Shown here: positions 12,914 through 26,600 of the stretch, one piece after another
Numbering within the stretch: position 1 is the first letter of the stretch
Layout: every line of letters starts with the position of its first letter
Assembly (NCBI GenBank): GCA_003344405.1
Contig: NOWV01000157.1
Location: forward strand, 124,001-181,416
Origin: Trichoplax sp. H2
Lineage: Eukaryota
Direction of reading: 5' to 3'
Length of the DNA stretch: 57,416 nt
Position numbers and translations under genes: made by a program
The notes under the pieces: model-generated
The model's database searches: none
The model's input: the letters and a program-made list of their open reading frames with translations, nothing else
What the model was told of the DNA's origin: nothing

Positions 12914-13120
12914 AATGACATCAGTCAATACGTTTGACCGCCAGCCAATGACGTCAGATTAGGCTACAATGACAGTAGCACTGCAGATCAGGTGAAATCT
13001 GTCCCGGGCTCAATATTGACGCATTCCATTCTAAACTGGTGTTACTCGACAGTCATTTGCCACCGAGCCTGTTGGGCTATACTGTACTAGGGTCGATCGT
13101 ACTGTACTGTACTGTATAGA
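12914..13120 (+). promoter_or_regulatory. Candidate proximal promoter of SPSB3 (CCAAT overlapping a CRE, plus a TACTG tract)
   Basis: GCCAATGACGTCA with TGACGTCA at 12949-12956, TGACATCA at ~12916 and (GTACT)3 at ~13099-13116. It lies upstream of putative non-coding exons 13306-13404 and 14435-14518. Confidence 0.4.
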
Positions 13121-14518
13121 ATACGCTGGTAGACTGTAAAAGTAGTGTCAAGTGCAGCTAAAACGAGTTGATGATGAATCTTATTAGCTAGTACAACTTG
13201 AATTGATTGCCGCCAAGTTGAAGTATTACTATTCACTTTTTTTCTCTTGCTACAAACTAAAAGTGTTGTATCATCACTTAAACTTTGTATTACTATCCAT
13301 TTTAGGCATTGGTAGCCTCATTGCAAGTACTCAAGGCTAAAACGAAAACGGTCACTCTAGGACAAAAATCTCTGCCATTATTTGTTCAACCTTGGAAGTA
13401 AAGGGTAGGTAGGTTAAACGTAATCTCAAAATGATGATAGATAGATAATGTAGAAATTCATGATTAAAAGCAATGATTGATTGAGTAAGCATCGCATTCT
13501 GCTCTATTTCAATTTTGCTGACCGACACTACTGTAGTATCTTCTTCTTCAACTACAATACGTAATGGCTACTATTTCAGCTTTTGCTGTAGTTGGACTAC
13601 TGTAGGCATAGTCTTCAATGTTCTCTACCTTATCACTAGACTACGGTAGGTCATGGTAACCATCAATGAAAGCAATATCCAGTCATGTAATGTGTACAAG
13701 GTGATAATGCAACTTGAATACGCGTAGGCTAAGAATCAATAGACTCTCAGCGGATTAGTATTTTAAACTGCTTCAACTCGCATTCAATGCTACTAAATGA
13801 CTTCAATTACTGTAACCAAGAATAAGAGCAGTACAAACCGTTGTTGAATAATGCACCTTAGTATAGATGATAGTAAAATTGGATAGCATAAGCAGCAGCT
13901 ACCATCCAAGTGACTTGTACACAATCAATTTCCAATAGATAGCACGTAATCGAATCTTCTGACACACAAGATACTGTACAATGTTATTGTTAACTACTCA
14001 TGTTAGTTAATGCTTGAAATCCTGCTTGTATCGCTTACTAAGCTCGATCCTTGATACTTTTGCCCATTGTGCAATTGTTTACAAGAATTATAAAGTATGC
14101 AATAGTACGGAAGTATTTGCCGCCAATTATGCAATGTCATCTGCGTGTGGAAGTAAAATTAAGTCATTTTAACTACGATAGCCTGATAAGTAAAATGATT
14201 TCGGTATTGAGTTGATAACACCAACTGTAGTTTAATATCCACTTTTCTCTCTCTTAACTTCTTCAATTGGCCGAAGAAGGATGAAGCACCACTATTCTGT
14301 TCATATACTTCAACCTGTCTTGAGGATAAAAACAATACTGTGTACTGATATTGTATTGTTAACTGGATGGAAGAACTTATCCTATTCGCACACCGGCACC
14401 TGACAAGATCCTAATTCATTGTAATAATTTCTAGGTTTACTCTTTCGTTGAAGAAAAAGTTTACTTGCAGCGATCTATTTGTGGTTTCTTTCACACATTA
14501 AATATCTTAGCTATCAAA

Positions 14519-15597
14519 ATGGGTAAGTTGTTACTATTGATTGTAAACTTTCAATCATTCTTTATATTTTACCATTATTTCTACAATAGCTGTAAACTTT
14601 GAAAACAGCTTTTGTAGACAAAGCAGCAGTATGTGATATCAATCGCTAACATCATAGTATACAAAGTTGTTTCTCCGAAGTGAACAATATTGAATTGTAC
14701 TGCTATAGCTCGGCATACATCAATCTAGTAGTTTGCAGTTATATTACCTGCTTGATTGAATAAAGTATCTTCCCAGCACTGTCCATGATTAATAATTAAT
14801 ACCTTAAATGCGCCTACGTACAGGATATCGTTGATGATTTTCATTTGTAGAAGATAAAAAAAGTTCGATATTATCATCAGATTAACCAAAATTGGATATT
14901 TGTATTTGACTTAGTTGCAACCTGTGCGATTGGACCAATTCAAGAAGCTTTCCCTGACAATTGGACGTGGAACATTGACGACAAATCTCCTGATGTCGAA
15001 TTGTGTTCGCGTCGAGAAGGCGCCTACTTTTATACTGATCCTGTTATTGATAGCACTGGCACAGCGGCAGTACGTGGCAGTAAAGGCTTTGATAGAGGTC
15101 TCCATTATTGGGAAGTTACATTGTGTGAGCCAACATTTGGATCATCAGTAATGGTTGGCGTTGGCACTAAGAAAGCCAAATTACGCACCAACAACTACGA
15201 ATACATAGATATATTAGGTACTGATTGTGAAAGCTGGGGCCTAAATTATAAAGGTTATCTATTCCATAATGGTAGACCTACTAAATTCACCGATACATTT
15301 TACGCTGGAACCACTATTGGAGTATTGTTAGACATGAATGTCGGTAAATTAAGTTATTTTAAAAATGGTTCATTCTTGGGAACTGCATTTGACGACTTAT
15401 TGGATATTAATTCTGAACTCTATCCGATGATCGCTTCAACAGCTGCTGAAAGTGAAATGCAATTGGGCATACGCGGATCGAAATTTGTAAGTCTAGAGGA
15501 TCTTTGCAGACGGACTGTACGTCGATATGTGGACTACGCAAATATTGACAAGTTATGCCTACCTCAACCCATTAGAAATGAACTTAAGGTGCTGTAA
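14519..15597 (+). CDS. SPSB3: SPRY domain-containing SOCS box protein 3 (228 aa)
   Basis: ATG-G exon 14519-14522 (donor GTAAGT) plus exon 14915-15597 gives 687 nt. The protein has WTWN..DKS, GTAAVRGSKGF..GLHYWEV, MVGVGT, LGTDCESWGLNYKG, IGVLLDM..GKLSYFKNG, LYPMIASTAA and a C-terminal SOCS box (SLEDLCRRTVR...LCLPQPIRNEL), all typical of SPSB3. Confidence 0.92.
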
Positions 15598-18500
15598 AAT
15601 TCATCAATTGACCAAATATATATGCAAAGAAAACAGAATTACTTATGATGGGTTGTCCTAATCATAAAGAGCATACATGAAAATAGGATTGAAAGTACTA
15701 GAAAGACTGAATGCCTAAACGATGACAAATGTGCATATTATTTTATCCTAAGAGATATTAGAAATTGCGCTATTTTACTCGGAGTGCGATTCTCCATGCG
15801 TGTGGCATTAAACCTAAAGTATTAAAAATATACATGATCATAATAGATGTAAAATATGTGAGACTACCACTGTGTAGCAATACCATATATAAAGCATTTC
15901 TCATATACGTATGATAAATCTACTACAATATTCTATTTATATGCGGAGTTAGTTTATGATTAATGGATTAAAATCATCACCATTGAACAGCTTTTTGCTT
16001 CTATTAAACGTTGATACTCTGATCTCCATAATTATAACGTTTAGTATTTATAAATGTTGTAATTGATAGAATCCTTCAATTTCTGTAAGATGCTCCAGTT
16101 CATAGCGATAACAGTTCTAATTGTATTTAAAATAATCAATCTTAACAAAGCATAGTGATTGATGTTATTTCGATAGATAAAGATGTACAGTTGATTTGTA
16201 AAGTAAGATATTCCTTTTTTGTTAAGACCATAATCTGAAGGGTATTTAAACCAGAGTAGATGAAATCTATTTTGAAATAATAATATTTATCAATAGCAAA
16301 AAAATTTAAATTTAGAAATTCCTTGTAAATATTATCCAGTTTACGAATTGTACTTACGTAGCTCAGTGCAATAAATAAAAATGGTTTTTAAATATCAAAT
16401 ACATGTTGGAAGAAATTGAACATTATAAGGAGTTATTCCTTTAGACTCCATAATCTACAGTGCATTTTTTAACGGAACTTTTAAGGGAGTCTTTAAAACT
16501 ACGTCCAGCAGCTTAATTTGCCAATCTTCACATCCCCTAAATCAATTCTCTCAATACTAGCTCCTCATTTATAAACGTTATTTTATTCAATTGTACAGTA
16601 CACGATGATACCATCTTGTATCATAGCAATTACTACGATACAGAAGCATTCAGATACACTATATCATACTTACGTATTGATGCCAATTTATGATATCTCA
16701 TCGCATTACCCTAACATTTCCATTTTCGAACTATTTCAATCATAAATCATGAAGTCTTTGAGCATTTTAATTTCAATATAGCGCCACAGCTGTTATTACT
16801 GTGCGTAATGTAATTTCTAATCAGAGTTTTAGAAATTAAATTTGCATTCAAAAAAGTTGGTTGAGTCCTTTACTACTCATACTCGTACATCAATATACTA
16901 GTAGCAAATCACAGTAAATATTTTTGGATAAAGTTACAATTTTGCCCCGTTATATATAAATTTACTATTCAAGTAAATTCCTATCACAATCCTATAATGA
17001 ATGAAATACTGTATTCGTAATAGATTTAATTCAAGAGTCTTCACTGATGGCGTTTATAATTTTAACTGTTTTCTTTAAAATTAACGTTGAAGATCATGAA
17101 AACACTGATTTTCCGTCAATTAAATACCTACGTATAACTGACTAATGCGAATGATATACTTTCAAAGTAACCTATACTTACTTGTAAGTTAGACAACATT
17201 GAGAGTTAATACAAAAATGTTTTGTGAATCTATTACAATTTGCGGTATTTATTATTGAGTTTTATCTACTTGACATCTGATGCAGCTTACCTCAGTGATC
17301 GATAATAATTCCCTAATTATTAATTAATGATAGCTATCTTGTCAGACGAATTTATGCTATAGGCTTGTCATAGAAAACTAACATACTTTTATAGAATAAT
17401 TGCCACAAATATTTCGATATTAGAAGCCTAAGCAAATGCAAGCAATGCTACTGTACGATACAGAACTATGCTAATGTTGAGTTATTCTCAATAATAGCAT
17501 AACCGTTAAATATGAAAATTTTACTACAAATGAATTAGAAGACGATCAAGCGATTATAATAAAGTATTTTTTATTTTAATCGCAAATTGAAAGTTAGCAA
17601 TTGCCAAAGTATTTAAAAACTAATTAAGTAAAATTATATTGCAGTAGTAAAATAGCATAGAAGAATTAGTTAAGATACTAGTTACATTTAATCCTAAAAT
17701 GCAGGGAGAAAGAACATTATGTAGTTTATTTTAACTATGCTATTAGTCTATTTTATCATTACAATTTAAAATTGTTTATTAAATGATTTTAGTCGCTTGT
17801 ATTGAGACTATGCGAATGAAGTCTATAATTCATTAAAACAGGAACTAATTATTTTCAGATTTAATACATGGTTCATTAACACTGACTCAAGTGTAATAGC
17901 CTCTGCCAAAAAGTGATACAGACTTACTATAAACAAACTCACAAATGCCAATTTTAAGAGGGCCGCCAAATCGACGTGCCCTAATTTATAATCAAGTACT
18001 TCTTACTAGTCTAGTACCATAGTATTTAATATTCAGTGAGCCAAAATGCGGTTGATCCAAGATGGTTTGTGCAATACCCATTTGATCATTCAAGTTCAAT
18101 CTGGAACCATTTTGCTATATCAGTTCTGGTGATTAAAAGCGATGTATTTTTTTAATGTAGAACGCTATTGGATCTTGATGAACGGATAAAAAGATACATG
18201 GAATCCCTGCCTTGGCGTTTCGAGAAATTTTATGCCCTTGGCAATTTTTGACTAATCGTAAACTTAGCAACAATCATTTGATTATCAATGTAGATTACTA
18301 TATATAGATGTATAGATGATTCTTAATCAGATCATAGAGAGTGTTTTACATGATCTGAAAATTAAAGCTTTCGTCGCATTTTCCGGTATTCTATACATAA
18401 TCACGTTAAAAATGAAACAGTTCAGGTTTATAAATTTTTAATAATACACAGTGCTTTTACTTTATTGAACACCAATATTCTATATCATGACGTGCAAAGG

Positions 18501-19261
18501 AATATATCTAAAGCCTTCGTTCCTGTAATAACTAGTAAAGATACAATTTTTCGGTTTGATATGGTTATCTTTCAAAAGACAAGATAATCATAACTGATAT
18601 AGATAGGCCAAAAAGATGAGATTGCGGCCTGCTATCCAATATTGTTTGTCACTAAATTTTAAAGGATGAAATATTCACCGATATACTGCAAGTTATGTAA
18701 AAATTGCTAGAAACTCCTTTTCCATGCCCAGATACAACTATCCAGTAAAGACTATTCTCCATAGAGCGAATAAGAAATATTAATAATTGGAAGTACCGAG
18801 ACAAGAACTATAATTATTTCTGTTCAATAATTCGCAGGACTACTTTTTCAACCTCAATAGTAAATTCCTGTTGATCATTATTTGGCTAATATTAATCAAG
18901 GTTCTTCAAGTCTTCTCCAATTCTCGAATTCTAAAGCACGTGGAGTATAGTTTAAATTATTGCCACCTGCCATTCTTGTAACTATACTGGCGATTGTTTA
19001 ACAAACGGTCAATAATCTACAGACAACAATGAAAGCATAAGATCAATAAGCCGATAGAATTACAGTATTGAAGTAGTAATACGGATGAACAAATAAGAAT
19101 CGATGAAATATTATTTATTAATTCTACTGTCATAATTCTAAGCCAGACATTAATTTTAATTGGTATTATCAGAAAGGATGTACTGTCACAATTCTATTAA
19201 ATTTCCAACTGTAGTCAAGTCAAAAAGTTGCTAATATAATATTTGCTAACTTTTAGTTTCG

Positions 19262-20300
19262 CTTACTGATAGTATCACGGTCTGCCTCGATAATACCAGA
19301 CAGATTTTTAACGGTATAAGAGTAAAATATCTGTAAGGGCTGCGAAAGCGCGATAATAGAAAGATATTAGATAGAAATCAGCTGAAACGAACCGAAAACG
19401 AAGGACGAGACGAAGGGATAGACTATAAAATAGAAGATATTGAGCAATATCTACAATAAAATAGTCTTGCTTGAAGTAAATTTATCTTATTAGAGGATTT
19501 CCAATCAAAATATTATTCTCATAATGACTAAGTATAATGGATACTGTAGCTTTGATTCCGAAAAGAAGAGGTTATAATGCTAAAATACTTTATTGGAAAC
19601 ATAACATGATGACGAACAGAAAATCGCTATCTGGAAACTTTGCAGACTAGACTAATAAGATGGGCTTCACAGTACTAAGAATTTCCGCAAGATCTTATCG
19701 CTATTTGACTAAATAGATCGAATTAGAAAATCGGTAATTATATCGAAGTATGATATAGAAGCAATTCTATATCCAGCTAAAATAGATAAAGGCGTACCTG
19801 CATAAAAGGCAAGAACAGTTTGTCGTACGAATAATCAGTACTAGTATACTGATATTAATATCAGTATTCACATCTGATTGTGCTGTGGTTTTACCATAGA
19901 AATTAATAAAAAACAATGCGAGACAAATTATCGTTAGAGAATAAAATTATCATGACCGTAGTGAAAATTTGAGTTTTGTTCGGTGCCTTCAAAAATAGCT
20001 GTCATAAACAACTTAAAGTACTAATGCTTTTTAGTTGAAATTTAAAGTATTAGAAAACATATTAGGATCAATCGGTCTATTCAAGTTTTCAACTATATTT
20101 TCGGTAAGAAAACTGACTATCTAATATTTTCAGCTGAATTTTATTGTGCAGGATGGGCATTATCGTTTGGTAAGGCGTAATTTGATAATATGTTCGAAAT
20201 AAAAGTAGGCAGATACACGAGTACCTAATGTAAAGATGGTAATAATCTTTGCAGTAAGTACAAAATTTATTCATTCCAATCGATATACACTCCAATAAAT
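19262..20300 (+). pseudogene. Possible decayed coding remnant, unassigned
   Basis: Single frames stay protein-like for long stretches with sparse stops, e.g. LTDSITVCLDNTRQIFNGIRVKYL*GLRKRDNRKILDRNQLKRTENEGRDEGIDYKIEDIEQYLQ*. No family recognised. Confidence 0.2.
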
Positions 20301-20581
20301 TGAGAATTAGCTAATACATTGAAGGGTTATAAATTTTTAATTTATCTAAATGTAACATTGATAAATGTCATCTAGTTACTGGGTACAGGGATAGAAAAAT
20401 TTTAGCATGCTTCTTTCTTCTAAATGTCGTCCTTATTACTTAGAAAACTTATTAATTATAACGACTACACTACATAGTAATATCTAACTTCCATTAACTG
20501 TAAATAAATCATCCATTTTATGCTTATGTGCACTAATTATAATTGGTCTCTTTTATCTTCAGCTCTTACCTAGTAATATCC

Positions 20582-21649
20582 TTAAGTTGATAATTGATAG
20601 GAGTGATGACGAAATCGTTTACAGCATTGGTTGGAAAGATTACTTAAAGACATTTTAATCGCAATTTTAATATCAGCAGTATAGAAAGCGAATAAGATTG
20701 GATTAACAGCAGGATAAGAAAAGGCGACGAATCGTAATAAATGAATAATATTCAGTTCAGTAGTGGTATATATTAAACCAGGGCGAACATTTAGTATCAT
20801 AAAGGTAATGGCAAAAGGTAAATAACATATTAAGAATAAAGTCACTAAGATAATAATTTGTCTAGCGGCTTTAATATTGTGCCTATTGAGCGATAATTGA
20901 TGACCATGGCCGTCATTTTCGCCTTGCATACGTCGTGCATGAACATTAACGATATAAAAGATACGAGCATAGCATGGTAGAAAGGATGCTAATGGCAAAA
21001 TTAATAAACATGTAAAAATGATTGTTAAGTAAACCTGTTGTGATACACGTGCATCTTCATTTTCAGCGATAATATATACCGCACATCTTGAGCTGTTATA
21101 TTGAACAAATGTCATTAAAGGTAATGCTGCTATCGCCGCAGTCAACAGCCATAGACAAATCAAGATACATACACTCACTTTGTGAGATAAAAAATATAAA
21201 TTACGAAATGGAAATTCAATAGATAGGTAGCGATTTAATGTTAAGATACAAATATGAAAATTTAAATTGACAAGAAATGATGATCCTAAATAGGGCATAA
21301 TTGAGCATGGAAATGGATATTGCATCATGTGATTATTACCAGCCTTAATATGGCGAGGTAAAACGTAGAAAATAGAGGATAATAAACTGCCAATAAACAT
21401 ACTAATCATGTAAGGTGCATGTGGAGTTTGGCGTAATTTTCGATACCAGCCTATGATTAATAGTATACCTAAATTGGTCAAGATGGTAGTTCCACCAGTA
21501 ATACACCACATTACTTCGATTAATGTCGATTGGATTACTATGAGGGAATCATTATCAGCATGATTAGATAGTGGCTTTTCAGGTGTATCTTGATGCATAG
21601 TCATGTTGGTGATCATTGTAGCAGAATGATAACTATGATTAAGATTCAT
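20582..21649 (-). CDS. Intronless rhodopsin-like (class A) GPCR, 355 aa, orphan
   Basis: Single ORF with seven hydrophobic segments: TM1 TN, TM3 LTLNRY, TM4 W...ALP, ECL2 Cys, TM5 P...CY.RI, TM6 FLICYLPF and TM7 NPILFAFY. N-terminal N-glycosylation sequons are present. Confidence 0.93.
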   Translation of the reverse strand: MNLNHSYHSATMITNMTMHQDTPEKPLSNHADNDSLIVIQSTLIEVMWCITGGTTILTNLGILLIIGWYRKLRQTPHAPYMISMFIGSLLSSIFYVLPRHIKAGNNHMMQYPFPCSIMPYLGSSFLVNLNFHICILTLNRYLSIEFPFRNLYFLSHKVSVCILICLWLLTAAIAALPLMTFVQYNSSRCAVYIIAENEDARVSQQVYLTIIFTCLLILPLASFLPCYARIFYIVNVHARRMQGENDGHGHQLSLNRHNIKAARQIIILVTLFLICYLPFAITFMILNVRPGLIYTTTELNIIHLLRFVAFSYPAVNPILFAFYTADIKIAIKMSLSNLSNQCCKRFRHHSYQLST

Positions 21650-22727
21650 TTCTCTTCTTCTTTTTTCTCCTATTACGAGATTCCTTACTTTGATAGATTT
21701 AGAAAATTATTAAGTCAAATTTTTTATTTTATGATATGAAAAGTTATCACCAAAAGATAATTGAAAGGAATGACGATTTCGTCAACTGAGGCAATAGTAT
21801 CTGTAATCTCATCTTAATCATGGTTGACTATATCAATCATTAACAATAGCTAATATTATTTCCATCAATTTTGAATAGTTAATATTGACTAAACCGGTTA
21901 GAAAACCCTTTGAAATTTTATTATTATCTATTGAAATAAGCTGATTGAAAGGTGATAGACATATATTATCTTTATTTTCTATTTATTGTTCTACAATCTG
22001 CTAATTTTAATCTACTTGCAAACAACATACTTACTTGCTGCTATTGAAATTGAACAACAAATTTTTAAAGTTCATCAAAAAATTAAATTCTGCCATAATA
22101 AAGGTACGTAATAAATATTGTTCCTTTAGTAAGGCACGAATAAATATACGAAGCTGATCTACATAGATTAGGACACCATTAAAGATTCACCTTTGAATTG
22201 AATAAGAAATTGAATATAATTGGTATTATGATGGTTTTAAGGGATTAGTTTATTAAACTTGATAGTAATGTAGCAGAAATAGAGACAGTTCGTTCCAAGT
22301 ATATGCTTTTAAATTTATTTTCACCCAAAAATGAGTAAGAGAAGATTCATACAATTGTAGATAGTTATATTTAATCATTGCAATAAATCAATAAGTAATG
22401 ACTTACCATGACAAGAATGATTAATTATTATTTATGAACTATAATGAGCTACTTTTTGCATAACTATGCAATAATATTGGATGTTTTCATTAACGACAGT
22501 ACTAAATTCAGCAAGATAAAGTATTTTTAATGAGATTCCATTCATTTGAAACTCGGCAGAAATTATTACTTTTTAGATAGAATTATCCCTTAGAAAAACG
22601 ACCTTTTTCCATATCTAAAATTAATTTTATACATTGAAATCATAGTCTAGTATACTGTAAAAGTATTTAATATATGAATAAGTTGACAAAATATAAATCT
22701 ATTATTCCAATTTCGGTCATAAATAGA

Positions 22728-23690
22728 ATGACAATAGCTGTTGTTGATGCTGACCTTTGGAACTTATACAATCAATTTAATAAACGTTAACCGATTGGAA
22801 AATGGTAAACTGCGAGAAAGAAAAGAAATAAGTTTCACAGTCTCACTTAATTTATCTTATACTTTAGCAAATTTTGATATTGGCTAATAGAGAATATTTG
22901 AAATATTCATCTGCCATTTTCATCTATAAGTTTGTTTATCATAATATTTATTCTCTGCTCAGATTATTGTTTGAAGCTATTAGGCGAATTGTACCTCCAG
23001 CAATATAGTTGTATGAAAATAATTTTTAATCTTGTATGATATACCGTAATATACATATACTCGTACATATATACAGATTCTATACAGATGGTAGCTGATT
23101 GAAATTCCTATTATAAATGAGGATGTTGTATTGCGTAAATTCCTTTGTTAAAGAGTGATTTGGAATTTATTGTGTAATATCATAAGATTTGGTATTTCCT
23201 CTGGCAAATTTATGACGCAAATCCACAGCGGTATTTAGGTTGATTTCTAAGTTCTATGTAATAGACAAATACCATAACAACGGATAATTTTGCAATTCTT
23301 TTGTATTTCTTATAACGGTATTAGATTAGCCGCAAGACGTGAAAATCCCATAAGCGCTGACATATCTGCTTAGTTTTTACAGTCAACGAGAATAATACTA
23401 TAAATTTAGATTAGCAATTAAAGTGAATTGTCATTATAACAGCTTTCCGGAGATAGCATGAAATACCGAAATAACTTGATGAAAAAATATTTTTTATTTA
23501 TGAAATACTCTAGGCTATGAGTACGAAAGGTTATACTTTAATGAAAGCTTCAATATTTATTCCAAATACTAAGGGATGTAGTAGTTTGCTACAATAAAAT
23601 TTAGTACCGATATAATATTGCATTACTCAAGTTATTATCCTATTGCCTACAGGAAGTCGTTTTTAAGCTTTGCCTGAAAATCTAGAGGAT
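22728..23690 (+). pseudogene. Heavily decayed intronless class A GPCR pseudogene
   Basis: Fragments occur in the expected order across frameshifts and stops: TM1/ICL1 ILILANREYLKYSSAIFIY, TM3-like NIHILVHIYRF then LIEIP, TM5 end FCISYNGIRLAARRE, TM6 AIKV.IVIITAF and TM7/H8 IILHYSSYYPIAYRKSFL. The span is about the length of the intact neighbouring GPCR. Confidence 0.4.
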
Positions 23691-26600
23691 TTGAACTTCC
23701 TACAATTTAGACCTTAATCACTATTTCAATATCTTATCTACTGTTAGTATCGTAGCATTATTCCTTTCATCTAGGAAAGAAATTAAAATTTAATGTTATC
23801 TTCGAGTATAGGTTTCAATATTAATTATCGTCAATTATCGTGTTAATGATAAATATTGAGGATATTACCTGCGAAATCATATTCTGTACTGTTACTACTA
23901 TATCAATGATAGAAAATAGAGTATAGTTTATTACCTTTCGTATATTGTTTTATTTGATTGCAAACCTTTATTAAAAATAGAACTTTTAAATTCTTTGGTA
24001 GAAAGGCAATTGCTTACATGGGCTTACTTTTTATTATAGTCAGGCAGCCTTTCCTGGCTAATTTCTCTGATATCCTGATTAGAGATATCGATATTGTATC
24101 ATAAGGATATTGCATGAAATTACAAGAACTACTAAATCATTGATGGCTTATCATATCTTTAATGGACTTAATAGAGATCTGATTTTAATGAAAGTAAATT
24201 ATATAGAATTATTAATGATAACAGTTATGATTGGAATTGTTACAAGATTTAATTAGAGCATAATCAGTAAGCGCATGGAAGACCTTTCCAATTATATTCT
24301 GATATGTACCAATAAAATATTAAATTCTTGGTGGCTTCAGAGAGAATGATAAATGTGAATACATAAAAATGCGATTTATAATCTTAACTCAAGCTATTTT
24401 TGCGTGTACGAGTATTAATGAGATTGCGTGATTCGCGAATTATTCTTGATTGTTTTCAAATTATTTTATCTAAAATACTATCAAAAATCGTTATGATTCA
24501 AGTAAGCTTTAATAATAGCTAGCTAATCTATGATATATCCGCTATTGGTAGCTTATACTATACATAACAAATAGTAAATTGAGTTAACTATATGTACTTT
24601 AACCTACAATGTGATAACCGTAGCTAATGCGACATGCTTGAAAATGAAAATTTTTTCAGGGCGTATTTCCTAATTCGATAATCGTTTTCTTTTAATCGTA
24701 GCTGAATGTCGTTAATGGGCAAGAAAATTGTCCTTAAAAACTAAAGTATATATTCTAGAAGCAGCTAAATATTATTAAGAATCTAAGATATTACATAGTT
24801 ACATTACTAAGAAGAGTTAAAAGTAAAGGATTGTATATCGAATTACTAAAGACATCAATTACTTATAAATTCAGAAATCACTGATTCATCATTCTTGTGA
24901 GATTAAAATTTGATTGATACATCGTACAATGTTTTGTTTATAACCATATTTAGAGTTTTTTGGGGTGGTTGGCAAAGATCATGGTTCTCAGAACTTAGGA
25001 AAGGTTCGATTACTGTAAGTAAATACTTTATTCTAGGCTTCAATTGAAATTTATAAATATATTAATGTAAAATTTAAAATTTAACGAATATTTTGCAGCT
25101 CTGGTACGATAACTAAGCAGAATACCTATCCTAATTACCTGCGCAACTACTGTCGTATGATCTACTGTATGCCTACTCATCCATACTCGTTTAATGACTA
25201 TTATCTAAGTCAGTAACTTATCACGATATATCACACGATTGTACGCTTACTGTACTGCACTATATATGTGGCTATTAGATGTAACTGGCGCAGTTGTTGC
25301 GTCTCTACGTTGGCTCTATTCTAAAGCTGATCTCTGCTAGTTAGGCATATCTATTTGTTTAATAAAGATCCTTTCTTTATCTCTATAATCCTTTTCCATC
25401 TATCTGAGTTATTATTACAACTACTATAAAAATATTTTAAATAATATTGTTGAATAAATGTTACTGTATTAAATTGCAATATAGTGTTTTCTCTCGCTTA
25501 TTTTAGTATTAATGTGCAAGATTTACTTTAGGTTATCAGAATAGTTATTCTTCTATGGTATTACTTAACGTTAACAGCTTACTTTTGAGAGAATCGATAT
25601 CCGTCATTATTCTACAAACTACAGTTTGGAATTATAGTCATTATGTATGTACTCATGGTTTGTAACATCTAAAGCATAAAGTGGACAGCTTTAGTGGCGA
25701 TATTGGTTCAATATGAAGGAAGTTGATGATAAAGGTGCGAATAAATATCAACCCATTTGATTTCGTTACGGAAACGAGTGGCAGATGAATTAATTATATG
25801 CTTGTTTATCTAGTACATTTATAGTCAATCCGTATAGCCACAGGGTGTTTTGTTGAAATTGAGCAAGTTCTAAGTTGGATTTAATTTTAATCAGGTTTCG
25901 ATGTATTGTTAATTGTGTATTTGTGGTAAGGAGAATAATCTTTCTGTCGCCTTTATTTCCAGACTTTGGGAGATCATTTGAAATGCAAATACTGTATCAT
26001 TGTCACCACGGATACTGATAAATCAAACTATTCCTATTAATATTAATGTGTATCTGTTGTATGTCATGAAATATTTATAGACATTCTAAACTTTCTATTA
26101 TCGATGGTTCTTTTGTAACATGAGCGGATTTCCTTTATATTTTGACCTTAGAAAAATGGAATGCTTAACATTTCATATTTATGCTCTTTGCATGCTATTG
26201 GTTGATAATGAGTAAATGAAGACCTGATGTGACACCAATTACAGTATTTAGTATATGATTGCTATTTTTGATTCATATACTATATATATATATCTATACA
26301 CGAATATTCATCAAATTGCTGTCGGCAAAAATGGACCGGATGCTTAACTGGTATTTTTATTTTTCACTGCATCCGCGATCTGATAGCAAGGATGACTCTG
26401 AAAGTAAAGTATGAAGTGTTTATTGACCTACTTTAAATCCATGCATTGTTATCTTTTAATTAAGCAAGAGTACTTTAGCTCAAGCTCGCATTTAGTTAAT
26501 CAACCCGATCAGCATGACAACTGTGATAAGGTGTTCCGTAATTTATTTTATACGATTATTGGATAGAATATCGTAAATTTTAATTGGTGCAGGTAGACCT

